NCBI GenBank assembly: GCA_937924905.1
Contig: CALDUK010000015.1
Coordinates: forward strand, 3,267 to 67,266
Reading direction: 5' to 3'
Source of the DNA: an uncultured Rhodobacteraceae bacterium
Lineage (GTDB): Bacteria > Pseudomonadota > Alphaproteobacteria > Rhodobacterales > Rhodobacteraceae
Length of the DNA stretch: 64,000 nucleotides
This document shows positions 10,055 through 18,992 of the stretch, one piece after another; position 1 is the first letter of the stretch; each line of letters opens with the position of its first letter. The translations under genes and the position numbers were made by a program. The notes beneath the pieces are model-generated. The model did no database searches, had not been told where the DNA came from, and saw only the letters and a list, made by a program, of their open reading frames with translations.

Positions 10055-11122
10055 ATGCGGATCACGCTTTACCCGGACATGTTCCGCGAAAATGAGCGCG
10101 TGCTGTATGCCCATGGCGCGTTGAAGGTCGCGACGTTCCGTTTCGAAAGCGGCGTGGCGGGTTTGCGTGTTCAGAATTCGCGTGGCGAGATCACTATGCT
10201 GCCGTTTCAAGGTCAGCAGATTTGGCGCGCCTTTTTTGATGGACGCGAACTGACCATGCGTTCGATGTTCGACCAGCCGAAAGACACGCGGTCCTATCTG
10301 GAAACCTATGGCGGTTTTCTGATCCATTGCGGGTTGGCCGGGCTTGGGGCGCCGGGGCCAGACGATACGCACCCTTTGCATGGCGAATTGCCGAACGCAC
10401 CGTTTCAATCCGCTTGGCTGGACGTGGATGTTGGCACGGTCACGGTCGGTGGCAGCTATCAACACACGCTGGCGTTTTCGACAAACTACCGTGCGGCGAT
10501 CGAGACAAAATTGACCTTGGACGCTGCATTGCTGGATGTCGCTGTGAAGGTCGAAAACCTTAAACAGACACCGATGGATTTGATGTATCTGGGCCATGCC
10601 AATTTCAGACCGGTCGACTTTGGCGAATTGCACTATAGCGCCCCGCATACGCCCGAGGCGGTTCGGGTGCGCCGTTCGATCCCTGCGCATGTCACGCCAA
10701 AGCCCGGTTATGCGGAGTTTCTGACCGAACTAGCCAAAGACCCCACCGGCCATCATGTGCTGACACCGGGGATCGCCTTCGACCCCGAAGTGGTCTTTGA
10801 AATCGATATGGATAGTGATGCCGATGGCTTTGCGCATGCACTGCAAAAGCATCCCGATGGCACGGCAGATTACATGCGGTGCCGTCCGGATCAGGCCCCG
10901 CTTTGCACGCGCTGGATTTGCCGAACACCGGATCAAGACGGGCTGGGCGTTGCTTTCCCGTCAACATCGGGGGTCGAAGGGTATAGCGTCGAAAAAGCGA
11001 AGGGCAGGGTGCATGTGCTGGATGGCGGGCAAACCTGGCGTATGGATATGCGGCTTGGGCTTTTGACACAGGATGAAACCATCGACGTCATCTCTCAGAT
11101 CGACGCAGTGAAAGGCATATGA
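10055..11122 (+). CDS. DUF4432 / aldose-1-epimerase-fold protein, DeoM (deoxyribose mutarotase)-like
   Basis: SGVAGLRVQNSRG, GQQIW..FDGRELTM..MF.QPK, ETYG, DTHPLHGE, FDPEVVF; resembles recalled Salmonella DeoM/DeoX. Confidence 0.75.
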   Translation: MRITLYPDMFRENERVLYAHGALKVATFRFESGVAGLRVQNSRGEITMLPFQGQQIWRAFFDGRELTMRSMFDQPKDTRSYLETYGGFLIHCGLAGLGAPGPDDTHPLHGELPNAPFQSAWLDVDVGTVTVGGSYQHTLAFSTNYRAAIETKLTLDAALLDVAVKVENLKQTPMDLMYLGHANFRPVDFGELHYSAPHTPEAVRVRRSIPAHVTPKPGYAEFLTELAKDPTGHHVLTPGIAFDPEVVFEIDMDSDADGFAHALQKHPDGTADYMRCRPDQAPLCTRWICRTPDQDGLGVAFPSTSGVEGYSVEKAKGRVHVLDGGQTWRMDMRLGLLTQDETIDVISQIDAVKGI

Positions 11123-12108
11123 TGCGCGCAACGCAGCTGCTTGGGATAGGCGATATTCGCACCATGGACGTACCAATCCCAGAGCCCGGGCCGGGCGAGG
11201 TTCTGATCAAGGTCGAAGCCTCGGGGATATGCGGCACTGATCGGCATCTTTTCAAAGGTGAGTTCCCATCAGTTCCGGGCAAGACTTTGGGTCACGAATT
11301 TTCAGGCATCGTTGTTGAAGGGAATGTTGCCGGGTTTCCGAAAGGAACGCGGGTCACGTGTGATCCGAACACCTGGTGCGGCACATGTGATCAGTGTCAG
11401 CGCGGACGTGTCAATCTTTGCATAAACAACGTGGCAACCGGTATCCACCGCGACGGTGGCTTTGCCGAATATTGTACATTCCCCGCGTCCAAGGCCGTTG
11501 TTCTGCCGGCGGATCTGGATCCGTTGTATGGTGCGTTTTGCGAGCCTTTGGCTTGCACGCTTCATGGTATGGATATCGGTGGTGCGCGTGCCGGCGAAAA
11601 AGTGTTGATAATCGGTGGCGGTGTTATTGGATTGTTGGCGTTGCAGATCGCTAAGCTGGCTGGCGCTGAAGTCATGTTATTGACGCGCAGCGCCGGAAAA
11701 CAGGCGTTGGGCTTAAGCACTGGGGCCGACTTTGCGGTTGGGGGCGAAGACGCCTTGCGCGATATATGGCCCGATGGTGCTGATCTGGTTGTCGAATGCG
11801 CAGGTGTCCGATCGACCGTTGCGCAGTCCCCCAAACTGGCGCGCACGGGCGGGCGTGTAGTGATCCTGGGCGTCTTGCCGCAAGGCGAAGAGGTCCCGAT
11901 TGAGCCGTTTGATATGTTGTTTCGCGAAGTGCAAATGCACTTCAGTTTTTTGAACCCGTTTACACACGGTCGCGCAGCGCAGATGGTGGCGGATGGCACC
12001 ATTGATGTGGCTCCACTGATCAGCCGGACGATTTCCCTGGAAGATGCGGCGGAAGCGATTGCCACCCCGCCTATGCCGGGCGACGTGCGGGCGATTGTTG
12101 TGCCGTAA
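11119..12108 (+). CDS. Zn-dependent alcohol/polyol dehydrogenase (MDR family)
   Basis: GICGTD, GHEFSG, structural Zn CGTCDQC..C, GGGVIG NAD-binding motif. Confidence 0.93.
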   Translation: MMRATQLLGIGDIRTMDVPIPEPGPGEVLIKVEASGICGTDRHLFKGEFPSVPGKTLGHEFSGIVVEGNVAGFPKGTRVTCDPNTWCGTCDQCQRGRVNLCINNVATGIHRDGGFAEYCTFPASKAVVLPADLDPLYGAFCEPLACTLHGMDIGGARAGEKVLIIGGGVIGLLALQIAKLAGAEVMLLTRSAGKQALGLSTGADFAVGGEDALRDIWPDGADLVVECAGVRSTVAQSPKLARTGGRVVILGVLPQGEEVPIEPFDMLFREVQMHFSFLNPFTHGRAAQMVADGTIDVAPLISRTISLEDAAEAIATPPMPGDVRAIVVP

Positions 12109-12114
12109 GGCGCG

Positions 12115-12951
12115 TCAAAACTGATAAAACTTGCGCGCGTTGCCTGCAAAAACCGCGTGTCTTTCGTCGTCGGCCAGATGTTGCGTCAGTTCTTGGGCCG
12201 TCGCGTGCCAATCAGCGTATTCGCTTTTCAATCTCACCACCGGCCAATCGCTGCCCCACATGACACGGTCTGCGCCGAAAACGCGCAGCACGTGATCGAC
12301 GTAAGGCCACAGCGCGTCGTGCGACCAATCCTCAGCCGTTTCAGTCACAAGGCCCGAAAGCTTGCAATATGCGCCTGTATCGTCGGCTAGGCGTCCAATG
12401 CCATTGGCCCATTCATCAAAGCTGGCATCAGTGCCGTCGCCGATCTGCGGCTTCATACAGTGATCCACAACCGCGCGAAGGCCGGGATAGCGGGTCAATA
12501 ACGTGTGGAAATTGTCCAGATGGCGTGGGAAGCCAAGACAGTCAAACGTCAGATTTAGGTCAACCAATGCGCGATAGGCCCAGTCGACATTTTCCTGAAG
12601 CATCCAACTGTCATCCGGCAAATCTTGGATCATTGGGCGAACGCCTGCGAACTTTGGGTGTTGGGCCAACCGGGCCAGCGTGTCCAATTGGCTTGGGTCT
12701 TCGAAATCGATCCAGCCGACAACCTTGGTTACATGGGGGCAAGCATCCGCAATGCCCAGCAAGTATTCGGTTTCGTGGACGGTTGGGGCCGCCTGTACCA
12801 ACACCGTTTGTGTCACGCCGCTCGCCGTCAGGGCCGCGTTCAGATCCTGGGGCCCATAGGGCCGCGATAGAACCGGGTTGTCTTTGGGCATCCAGCCGTA
12901 ATCCCCACGTTCTGGGTGCCAGAAATGATGGTGCGCATCGACAGTGATCAT
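12115..12951 (-). CDS. Amidohydrolase-family sugar lactonase (L-fucono-1,5-lactonase-like)
   Basis: DAHHHFW, VLVQAA, VVDHCMKP, CKLSGLVTE, MWGSDWPV. Confidence 0.88.
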   Translation of the reverse strand: MITVDAHHHFWHPERGDYGWMPKDNPVLSRPYGPQDLNAALTASGVTQTVLVQAAPTVHETEYLLGIADACPHVTKVVGWIDFEDPSQLDTLARLAQHPKFAGVRPMIQDLPDDSWMLQENVDWAYRALVDLNLTFDCLGFPRHLDNFHTLLTRYPGLRAVVDHCMKPQIGDGTDASFDEWANGIGRLADDTGAYCKLSGLVTETAEDWSHDALWPYVDHVLRVFGADRVMWGSDWPVVRLKSEYADWHATAQELTQHLADDERHAVFAGNARKFYQF

Positions 12952-13037
12952 TCAGTAAACCTCGACAGACGAAACGGGCTTTGGGGATGATCAGACCTGT
13001 GTTTAATTGCTTAGGTCAAGAGAGGGTTTCAACAATC

Positions 13038-13865
13038 ATGAAAATCGCACGCATGAACCGGCTGTTCGGCACGTCTGGACATTGTTTTGATGTTGCTATC
13101 GACCACGGGATGTTCAACGAGCCGGGCTTTCTGGGGGGCATTGAAAATATGCACAAGGCGGTCAGTCTGGTTGCCGCTGCCGCGCCGGATGCCATTCAAT
13201 TGACGCCCGGTACAGCCCCCATTTTGCAGGCCATCCCGGGCAAGACCCGGCCAGCTTTGGTTCTGAGAACGGATATTGCAAACGTCTACGGCAACCCACT
13301 GCCACGATCCTTGTTTTCAGTTGTGATTGAGGAAGCGGTGGAACAAGGTCTGTTGCTGGACGCGGCCTGTGTTGTGGTCAATCTGTTGATGCTCCCGGAC
13401 CAGCCCGAGGTGCATGAAGCGTGCATCAAAAATATCAACTGTCTGAAACGCGCCTGTGACGCGACAGGTATGCCGTTAATGGTCGAACCTTTGGTTATGC
13501 AGGACAATGCCAAGGCAGGTGGCTATATGGTTGACGGCGATATCAACAAGATCCTGCCACTTGTCCGACAGGCGGTGGAGCTGGGGGCGGATGTCATAAA
13601 GGCTGATCCTTGTGACGACGTTGGAGAATATCATCGCGTGGTGGAAACAGCTCAAAGCGTGCCGGTTCTGGTGCGGGGCGGTGGCAAGGTGCCGGATGAA
13701 GAAATTCTAAACCGTACGGCCGCACTGATGGCCCAAGGTGCGAAAGGCATCGTTTATGGACGCAATGTCATTCACCACGCCGACCCCGCCGGCATGACCA
13801 AGGCTTTGATGGCGATTGTCCATGACGGTGTGTCCGTTCGCCAGGCGCTGGATATGATCGCATGA
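13038..13865 (+). CDS. Class I (DhnA/FbaB/LsrF-type) aldolase
   Basis: VAIDHG, MPLMVEP, AVELGADVIKAD (Schiff-base Lys), VLVRGG, GIVYGRNV. Start ATG 13038. Confidence 0.88.
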   Translation: MKIARMNRLFGTSGHCFDVAIDHGMFNEPGFLGGIENMHKAVSLVAAAAPDAIQLTPGTAPILQAIPGKTRPALVLRTDIANVYGNPLPRSLFSVVIEEAVEQGLLLDAACVVVNLLMLPDQPEVHEACIKNINCLKRACDATGMPLMVEPLVMQDNAKAGGYMVDGDINKILPLVRQAVELGADVIKADPCDDVGEYHRVVETAQSVPVLVRGGGKVPDEEILNRTAALMAQGAKGIVYGRNVIHHADPAGMTKALMAIVHDGVSVRQALDMIA

Positions 13866-15004
13866 CGCGCGTTATCCGTTTTGGGGTCATCGGTTGTGGG
13901 TTGATGGGGCGCGAATTTGCCTCTTCAGCCGCGCGGTGGCTGCATTTGGAAAACACCCGCGCGCGCCCCGAAATCGTGGCCGTTTGTGATTTGAACACGT
14001 CACTGACAGACTGGTTTTCATCTAACGTGCCAAGCGTGCAGCAGGTGACACAGGACTATCATGCGTTGCTCGCCAACCCGGATGTCGACGCCGTCTATTG
14101 CGCCGTTCCGCATAATCTGCACGACACCATCTATCCTGACATTCTGGCCGCCGGGAAACATCTTTTGGGTGAAAAGCCGTTTGGGATGGATGCGGCCGCA
14201 AATGCGCGCATCCAAGCAGCGATTGATGCGCATCCCAAGTGCTTTGTCCGTTGTTCATCCGAGCTTCCGTATTTTCCCGGCGCGCAGAAGGTGATCGAGT
14301 TTATCCGGTCAGGTGATTTGGGCGAAGTCATCGAAGTCGAAGCGGCATTTCTGCATTCATCTGACCTTAACCCTGACAAGCCAATCAACTGGAAACGCAT
14401 GGTTGATGTGAATGGGGCCTATGGATGCATGGGGGATCTGGGCATGCATGTTCTGCATGTGCCCTTGCGTCTTGGTTGGAAGCCAAGTTCGGTTTCGGCA
14501 TCGTTGGTGAACCGGTTTCCCACGCGACCCGACGGCAAAGGCGGAACGGTTGCGAGCGAAACCTGGGACAATGCCACGATCACTGGCCATGTGTCAGATC
14601 ATGGTGGGTTTCCCTTAGTTCTAAAAACCTGGCGCGTCGCGCCCGGAAATTCCAATACATGGAGCATCCGTGTTTTGGGGACACGTCGAAGCGCGATGTT
14701 CAGCACAAAGAACCCACGCCAATGGCAGTTTATGGAATACGACGGCGGCGCGCAAATTTGGCAGGTCGAAGACCTTGGGTTCCAAAGCCTTTTCCCCGCG
14801 ATCACCGGCGCCATTTTTGAGTTCGGGTTCCCGGATGCACTGCAACAGATGTGGGCTGCATTCGTCGATGAATTGGCGGGTGGTGATGCAAACGGGTTCC
14901 ATTGCGTGACCCCGGGCGAGGCGGCGGATCAGCACGCAATCCTGACCGCTGCTTTGCAGGCTGGCATGACCAATACCGTTCAAGATGTGGCTTACCCGAT
15001 ATGA
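13862..15004 (+). CDS. Gfo/Idh/MocA-family oxidoreductase
   Basis: FGVIGCGLMG, AVPHNLH, GKHLLGEKP, GDLGMH. Confidence 0.92.
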   Translation: MTRVIRFGVIGCGLMGREFASSAARWLHLENTRARPEIVAVCDLNTSLTDWFSSNVPSVQQVTQDYHALLANPDVDAVYCAVPHNLHDTIYPDILAAGKHLLGEKPFGMDAAANARIQAAIDAHPKCFVRCSSELPYFPGAQKVIEFIRSGDLGEVIEVEAAFLHSSDLNPDKPINWKRMVDVNGAYGCMGDLGMHVLHVPLRLGWKPSSVSASLVNRFPTRPDGKGGTVASETWDNATITGHVSDHGGFPLVLKTWRVAPGNSNTWSIRVLGTRRSAMFSTKNPRQWQFMEYDGGAQIWQVEDLGFQSLFPAITGAIFEFGFPDALQQMWAAFVDELAGGDANGFHCVTPGEAADQHAILTAALQAGMTNTVQDVAYPI

Positions 15005-15996
15005 CGGGGCGACGCGGTGTGATCTGTGCTGGAAACTGGATCGTTGATCTGGTCCATGACATCGACCGCTGGCCCAATGAAAGTGAACTTGTCCGCATCG
15101 GCCAACAAACACGCGGCATAGGTGGTGGTGCCGCCAACGTGCTCAGCGCGCTTGCCAGGCTTCAAACCGGCTTGCCGCTGTTCCCGATGGGTGCGGTCGG
15201 CAATGATGAGCATGGCGATTTCGTTTTGGCCGAATGTCAGACGCTGGGTCTGCCGGTTGCCGGGCTTGTGCAAAAGCCCGGCATTGCCACTGCGCATACG
15301 CATGTCATGTCGGTCGCGGGTCAAAGCCGCACGTTCTTTTATCAGGGTGGTGCGAATGACGTGCTTGGGCTTGATGATTTCCCAAAAGGCACATTTACTG
15401 ACACCAAAGCCCGCATTTTTTACCTTGGATACCTAACGTTACTGGGCGAGCTTGATGTTCGCGATGCCGGCGGTGCAACGAATGCCGCCAAGGTTTTGGA
15501 GCGCGCCAAAGCAGCGGGTCTGACCACCTGCGTCGATCTTGTGTCGATGCACCATCCCCAATTTCGACAGATCGTGCAAAGCGCGGCCCCATCTATCGAC
15601 TATCTGGTTGCGAATGAAATTGAGGCTGGATTTGCCACTGGTCACACGCCGTCCACCCAAGCAAAGGCGATGAAGAACATGGCCGCGGCCGTGCTTGATA
15701 TGGGCGTTCGGAAAGCCGTCGTTTTGCACTCAGTTGAACGCTCCGTTTGGGTTGGGGGCGATGGACAGGCAAGCGTTGTCGACATCAACCCTGTGCCAGC
15801 AGAACAAATCGCCAGCAACCTTGGGGCGGGCGACGCGTTTTGTGCAGGCCTGATTTATGCTGTGCATGAAGGCATGGCGCCGATGGACGCGTTGGGATTG
15901 GCGAACGCCACCGCGCGTGCTTCTTTATCCGGCATGACTGCGACCGGGGCGATACCCCCGCTAATCCAGCTTGACGGGTTTAGCCTGAAAAGCTGA
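15001..15996 (+). CDS. PfkB-family carbohydrate kinase
   Basis: GGGAANV, GAVGNDEHG, ANEIE, NLGAGDAFCAG. Start ATG 15001 overlaps the previous stop. Confidence 0.92.
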   Translation: MTGRRGVICAGNWIVDLVHDIDRWPNESELVRIGQQTRGIGGGAANVLSALARLQTGLPLFPMGAVGNDEHGDFVLAECQTLGLPVAGLVQKPGIATAHTHVMSVAGQSRTFFYQGGANDVLGLDDFPKGTFTDTKARIFYLGYLTLLGELDVRDAGGATNAAKVLERAKAAGLTTCVDLVSMHHPQFRQIVQSAAPSIDYLVANEIEAGFATGHTPSTQAKAMKNMAAAVLDMGVRKAVVLHSVERSVWVGGDGQASVVDINPVPAEQIASNLGAGDAFCAGLIYAVHEGMAPMDALGLANATARASLSGMTATGAIPPLIQLDGFSLKS

Positions 15997-17163
15997 TCAA
16001 CCAGCCGTCCGCCGCGTGGCCAGTATAGCGAACAGCGTTCCAATGGCAGAAAGAACCAGTGTTGTATAAACCGCGACATCCATCGAAGACTGCGCCAGGA
16101 CAGCGACGGTAAAAACGCCGCCCAAACGCGCGAAAGTTATGTCCAGGCTGGCCGACAAAGCGCTCGAGCTTTTGGGGGCGAAACTCAGGATAAACTGGGT
16201 CGACGGGGCGTTGCTGCATGCAAAGCCGCACCCGATCAGGATAGACGCAAATATCAAAAGGATCATTTCATCCCCCAGATTGGCCAACTGAAAGCCGCTT
16301 GCAATGAACAGTGGCGCGAGAACCAGAATGAGACGGACCGCAGGTTTATCAACAAGGTTGCGCATCACGGTTCCAACCAGCGAAAAACTTAGCCACATGG
16401 ATGACAACACCAGCCCGATCCCTACAATCTGATAGCCGCTGTCTTCCAGCCAAAGCGGCATGCGGAACAAAAAGTAAGTGATGCAACCATAGGTGCAGAA
16501 AACATAGCCGTACATTAGCCACAGCTTTGAGGTCCGGAAAATCCGTAAAAGAGATTGCGTGGTTTTCACCCGTGTGGTGGATGCCGGATCAATTTCGCCC
16601 AGATGCACCACGACCAGTGCCAGAAGCGAAATCACTGCAAAGCCCAGGAACGCCAAATTCCAGTTCGATATGGCGAAAAGACCGCTTAACAAAAGCGGCG
16701 CGAAAGCCGCAACATAGCCTGCGATACTGCCCCAGATAATCAGTACCTTGCCCGGTTGGTCAGGCGAGGCGCGGGTCAGAAGAATGGGGATCAACGGCGA
16801 GAAAACGCCCCCACCCACACCTTGGACAATGCGCCCGGCAATCATCATTTCAAACGAAGAAGCCGCAGCGACCAAAAGTGAACCCAAGGCAAAGGCCAGA
16901 ACGCCGCCTGCGAAAACGCGTCGGACGTTGATCGCGTCGCCCAAGACTCCACCAATCAAAACGCCAGCTGCAACCGCGATGCCATAGGAGTTAAAAAGCC
17001 AGGCCAGCTGTCCGATTGTCAAATCGAACGCATTTTGAATCAGAGGTAAAAGCAACGGAACCAGCGTCAGTTCCATAACAAAAGCGACGCTTACCGCGAT
17101 TGCGCCATATATAGTTGGTTGGGATGACAAATAACTGCTCTTAAAAAGTTTCTCGCCCAACAA
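15997..17163 (-). CDS. MFS transporter (drug:H+ antiporter-like, ~12 TM)
   Basis: Motif A variant GGVLGDAINVRRVF, GRIVQGVGGG, hydrophobic throughout; TTG start. Confidence 0.9.
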   Translation of the reverse strand: MLGEKLFKSSYLSSQPTIYGAIAVSVAFVMELTLVPLLLPLIQNAFDLTIGQLAWLFNSYGIAVAAGVLIGGVLGDAINVRRVFAGGVLAFALGSLLVAAASSFEMMIAGRIVQGVGGGVFSPLIPILLTRASPDQPGKVLIIWGSIAGYVAAFAPLLLSGLFAISNWNLAFLGFAVISLLALVVVHLGEIDPASTTRVKTTQSLLRIFRTSKLWLMYGYVFCTYGCITYFLFRMPLWLEDSGYQIVGIGLVLSSMWLSFSLVGTVMRNLVDKPAVRLILVLAPLFIASGFQLANLGDEMILLIFASILIGCGFACSNAPSTQFILSFAPKSSSALSASLDITFARLGGVFTVAVLAQSSMDVAVYTTLVLSAIGTLFAILATRRTAG

Positions 17164-17212
17164 ATACGACGGGCATTTATAATTTCAAACTATGTTGTTG
17201 TGCGGCACAGCG

Positions 17213-17971
17213 TCAACCGCGCGAGACCAGTTTCACATCGGTTGTCGCAACAGAGGTCATCGGCTTTGGCACCGGCATCGCGACTGGCTGTTCATTCATG
17301 TGGTGGACCATGCATTGTCTGCTCATCCATATCAAATGGTCTTCTTCCGTAACTTGCTTATCCGGTCCAATCCAGCGACCCGGTTCACAATGACTGTACC
17401 CATAGCGCAAATGCGCGCCTTTCGCGGCCAAACGTTTCGGGACCAGGGCGAACATATAGTCTGGTGACCAAGCGTGTAGGACCATCTCGAATAGAAGTCT
17501 CGACAAAAGTCCTGTGGCACCTTGGCTGCGCAATCCGCCCAATCCTTGCGAAGGCAGCCAGAAGTCCCCGTGATAGCACACTTTTCCAGTGACTTTCATC
17601 AACGCCTGCGGGCCGGTGTAATATGTTTTGTCCGGGTCAGGCGTTGTGTCGGGGGTAATGTACTTGTGTCGATGCACATCAAGATGTTGTTTCAGCGTTG
17701 TGTCGCCCAATTCGAGCATCCGCGCAGCCTGCGTGTGGACAACCTGATTTTCTTGATTGTAGCCGCAAATCCAAAACCCATTTGTGGCGTCAACATATGA
17801 ACTTGTCACGTCAAACATCGGGTATAGCAACGCACGTTTTCCATCTGCGTTGCGAAGCGCACGATATCTGGCAAAATCGTCGCCGATTTCAATGCGCATG
17901 CCGGCGCCTTCCATCTGGCTGACAAGATTAGACACACGACGTGTCATCGCGAAAAGATTGCGTACAGACAT
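17213..17971 (-). CDS. Hypothetical protein, possibly GNAT/LuxI-like acyltransferase fold
   Basis: 252 aa from ATG 17971, co-oriented with neighbours. Segment VCYHGDFWLP..LRSQGATGLLSRLL..PDYMFALV..HLRYGY recalls GNAT motifs A/B. Confidence 0.7.
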   Translation of the reverse strand: MSVRNLFAMTRRVSNLVSQMEGAGMRIEIGDDFARYRALRNADGKRALLYPMFDVTSSYVDATNGFWICGYNQENQVVHTQAARMLELGDTTLKQHLDVHRHKYITPDTTPDPDKTYYTGPQALMKVTGKVCYHGDFWLPSQGLGGLRSQGATGLLSRLLFEMVLHAWSPDYMFALVPKRLAAKGAHLRYGYSHCEPGRWIGPDKQVTEEDHLIWMSRQCMVHHMNEQPVAMPVPKPMTSVATTDVKLVSRG

Positions 17972-18008
17972 TCCACCCACTGACTTAAGAGTCCCCACTC
18001 GTGTAAAG

Positions 18009-18028
18009 TGTAACATGAAAATGTCACA
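18009..18028. promoter_or_regulatory. 20-bp imperfect palindrome, candidate operator
   Basis: TGTAACAT-GAAA-ATGTCACA, 7 of 8 pairs, 38-57 nt upstream of the 17971 start. Confidence 0.4.
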
Positions 18029-18068
18029 TTTGTGCAAGCTCTTTTTTTCAACCGGCAGATAGCGCCAA

Positions 18069-18992
18069 TCAGGCGCTTTTGCGTACGCTGTTGTCCAGGT
18101 TCGAATGCATGTGGCTAGACAAGTCGTCCATCAAAATGTCTTTTGGAAGAACCGGTTGAGGCATGTTCTTGATGGCATCAATTTCGACATTATTGGTGAT
18201 CAGGGCCAACACTGTCAAACCGGGCGTCCCATCGGGGAAAACACAACCTAAAAGGAGGCGCTGGAATGTGACGGGAAGAGGGTCTTCACCGTCTTTTGGA
18301 AGATGCGCATACAGGTGGTCAAGCCGAATACCGCCTTCGTCGTAGATGCGGGAATACGCGCCCGAGATAAATTCGTTGAACTCATCGCCAACGTTGTCTT
18401 CGTTCATCAGTTTGCCAATGGCACTTTTGGACCAAGTCCAACCGAACCATCTGGCGTAAGCAGATTCGGGACCCACATCGACAAAGACCCAACCTTGCGG
18501 TCCTTTCCGGTAAAGAACGGTGTAAGGACGGATCGCTTGTAAAGATGGGTGTTCAATGCGCGTTTCAGCGTCACCCCACGCAGCCAATGCTTCACGGGCA
18601 AGGGTCAAGCCGCCGGTCGCAACCTTGGAAACCGAGTGTTGCTGCGAGAAAAATTCGCGCCCGTCGCTATCGACAAAACGATTGTATTCAAGACCAGCGT
18701 TCAAGCTGCGGCTAAGCGAGGATTGTCCGGCGAAAGCGTCAAATTGGACAAGAAGGGAACGCGCATCTTCCAGACAGTCCTTGCCGAAATCAGTCAGGTG
18801 ATATTGGCGTTCGACTACTTCAAAAAGCGCTCCGCCTTTGATGCGTTCAAGGTCGTTGATATGACGCCGCACGGTTTGACGCGTCGCGTTGAGATCCTCG
18901 CACGTTTTTGACAGCCGTAAATGACTGCTCAACGTGACGAAAGCACGGATCATAGCGATGGTTGCGCCACTATTGCTTTTGCTTTGGTACAA
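18069..18992 (-). CDS. Transcriptional regulator with a LysR-type N-terminal HTH and an atypical, PAS-like C-terminal domain
   Basis: MIRAFVTLSSHLRLSKTCEDLNATRQTVRRHINDLE..GGALFE..LTDFG fits a LysR HTH plus linker; the C-terminus lacks LysR substrate-domain motifs. Start is TTG 18992 or ATG 18953. Confidence 0.75.
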   Translation of the reverse strand: MYQSKSNSGATIAMIRAFVTLSSHLRLSKTCEDLNATRQTVRRHINDLERIKGGALFEVVERQYHLTDFGKDCLEDARSLLVQFDAFAGQSSLSRSLNAGLEYNRFVDSDGREFFSQQHSVSKVATGGLTLAREALAAWGDAETRIEHPSLQAIRPYTVLYRKGPQGWVFVDVGPESAYARWFGWTWSKSAIGKLMNEDNVGDEFNEFISGAYSRIYDEGGIRLDHLYAHLPKDGEDPLPVTFQRLLLGCVFPDGTPGLTVLALITNNVEIDAIKNMPQPVLPKDILMDDLSSHMHSNLDNSVRKSA

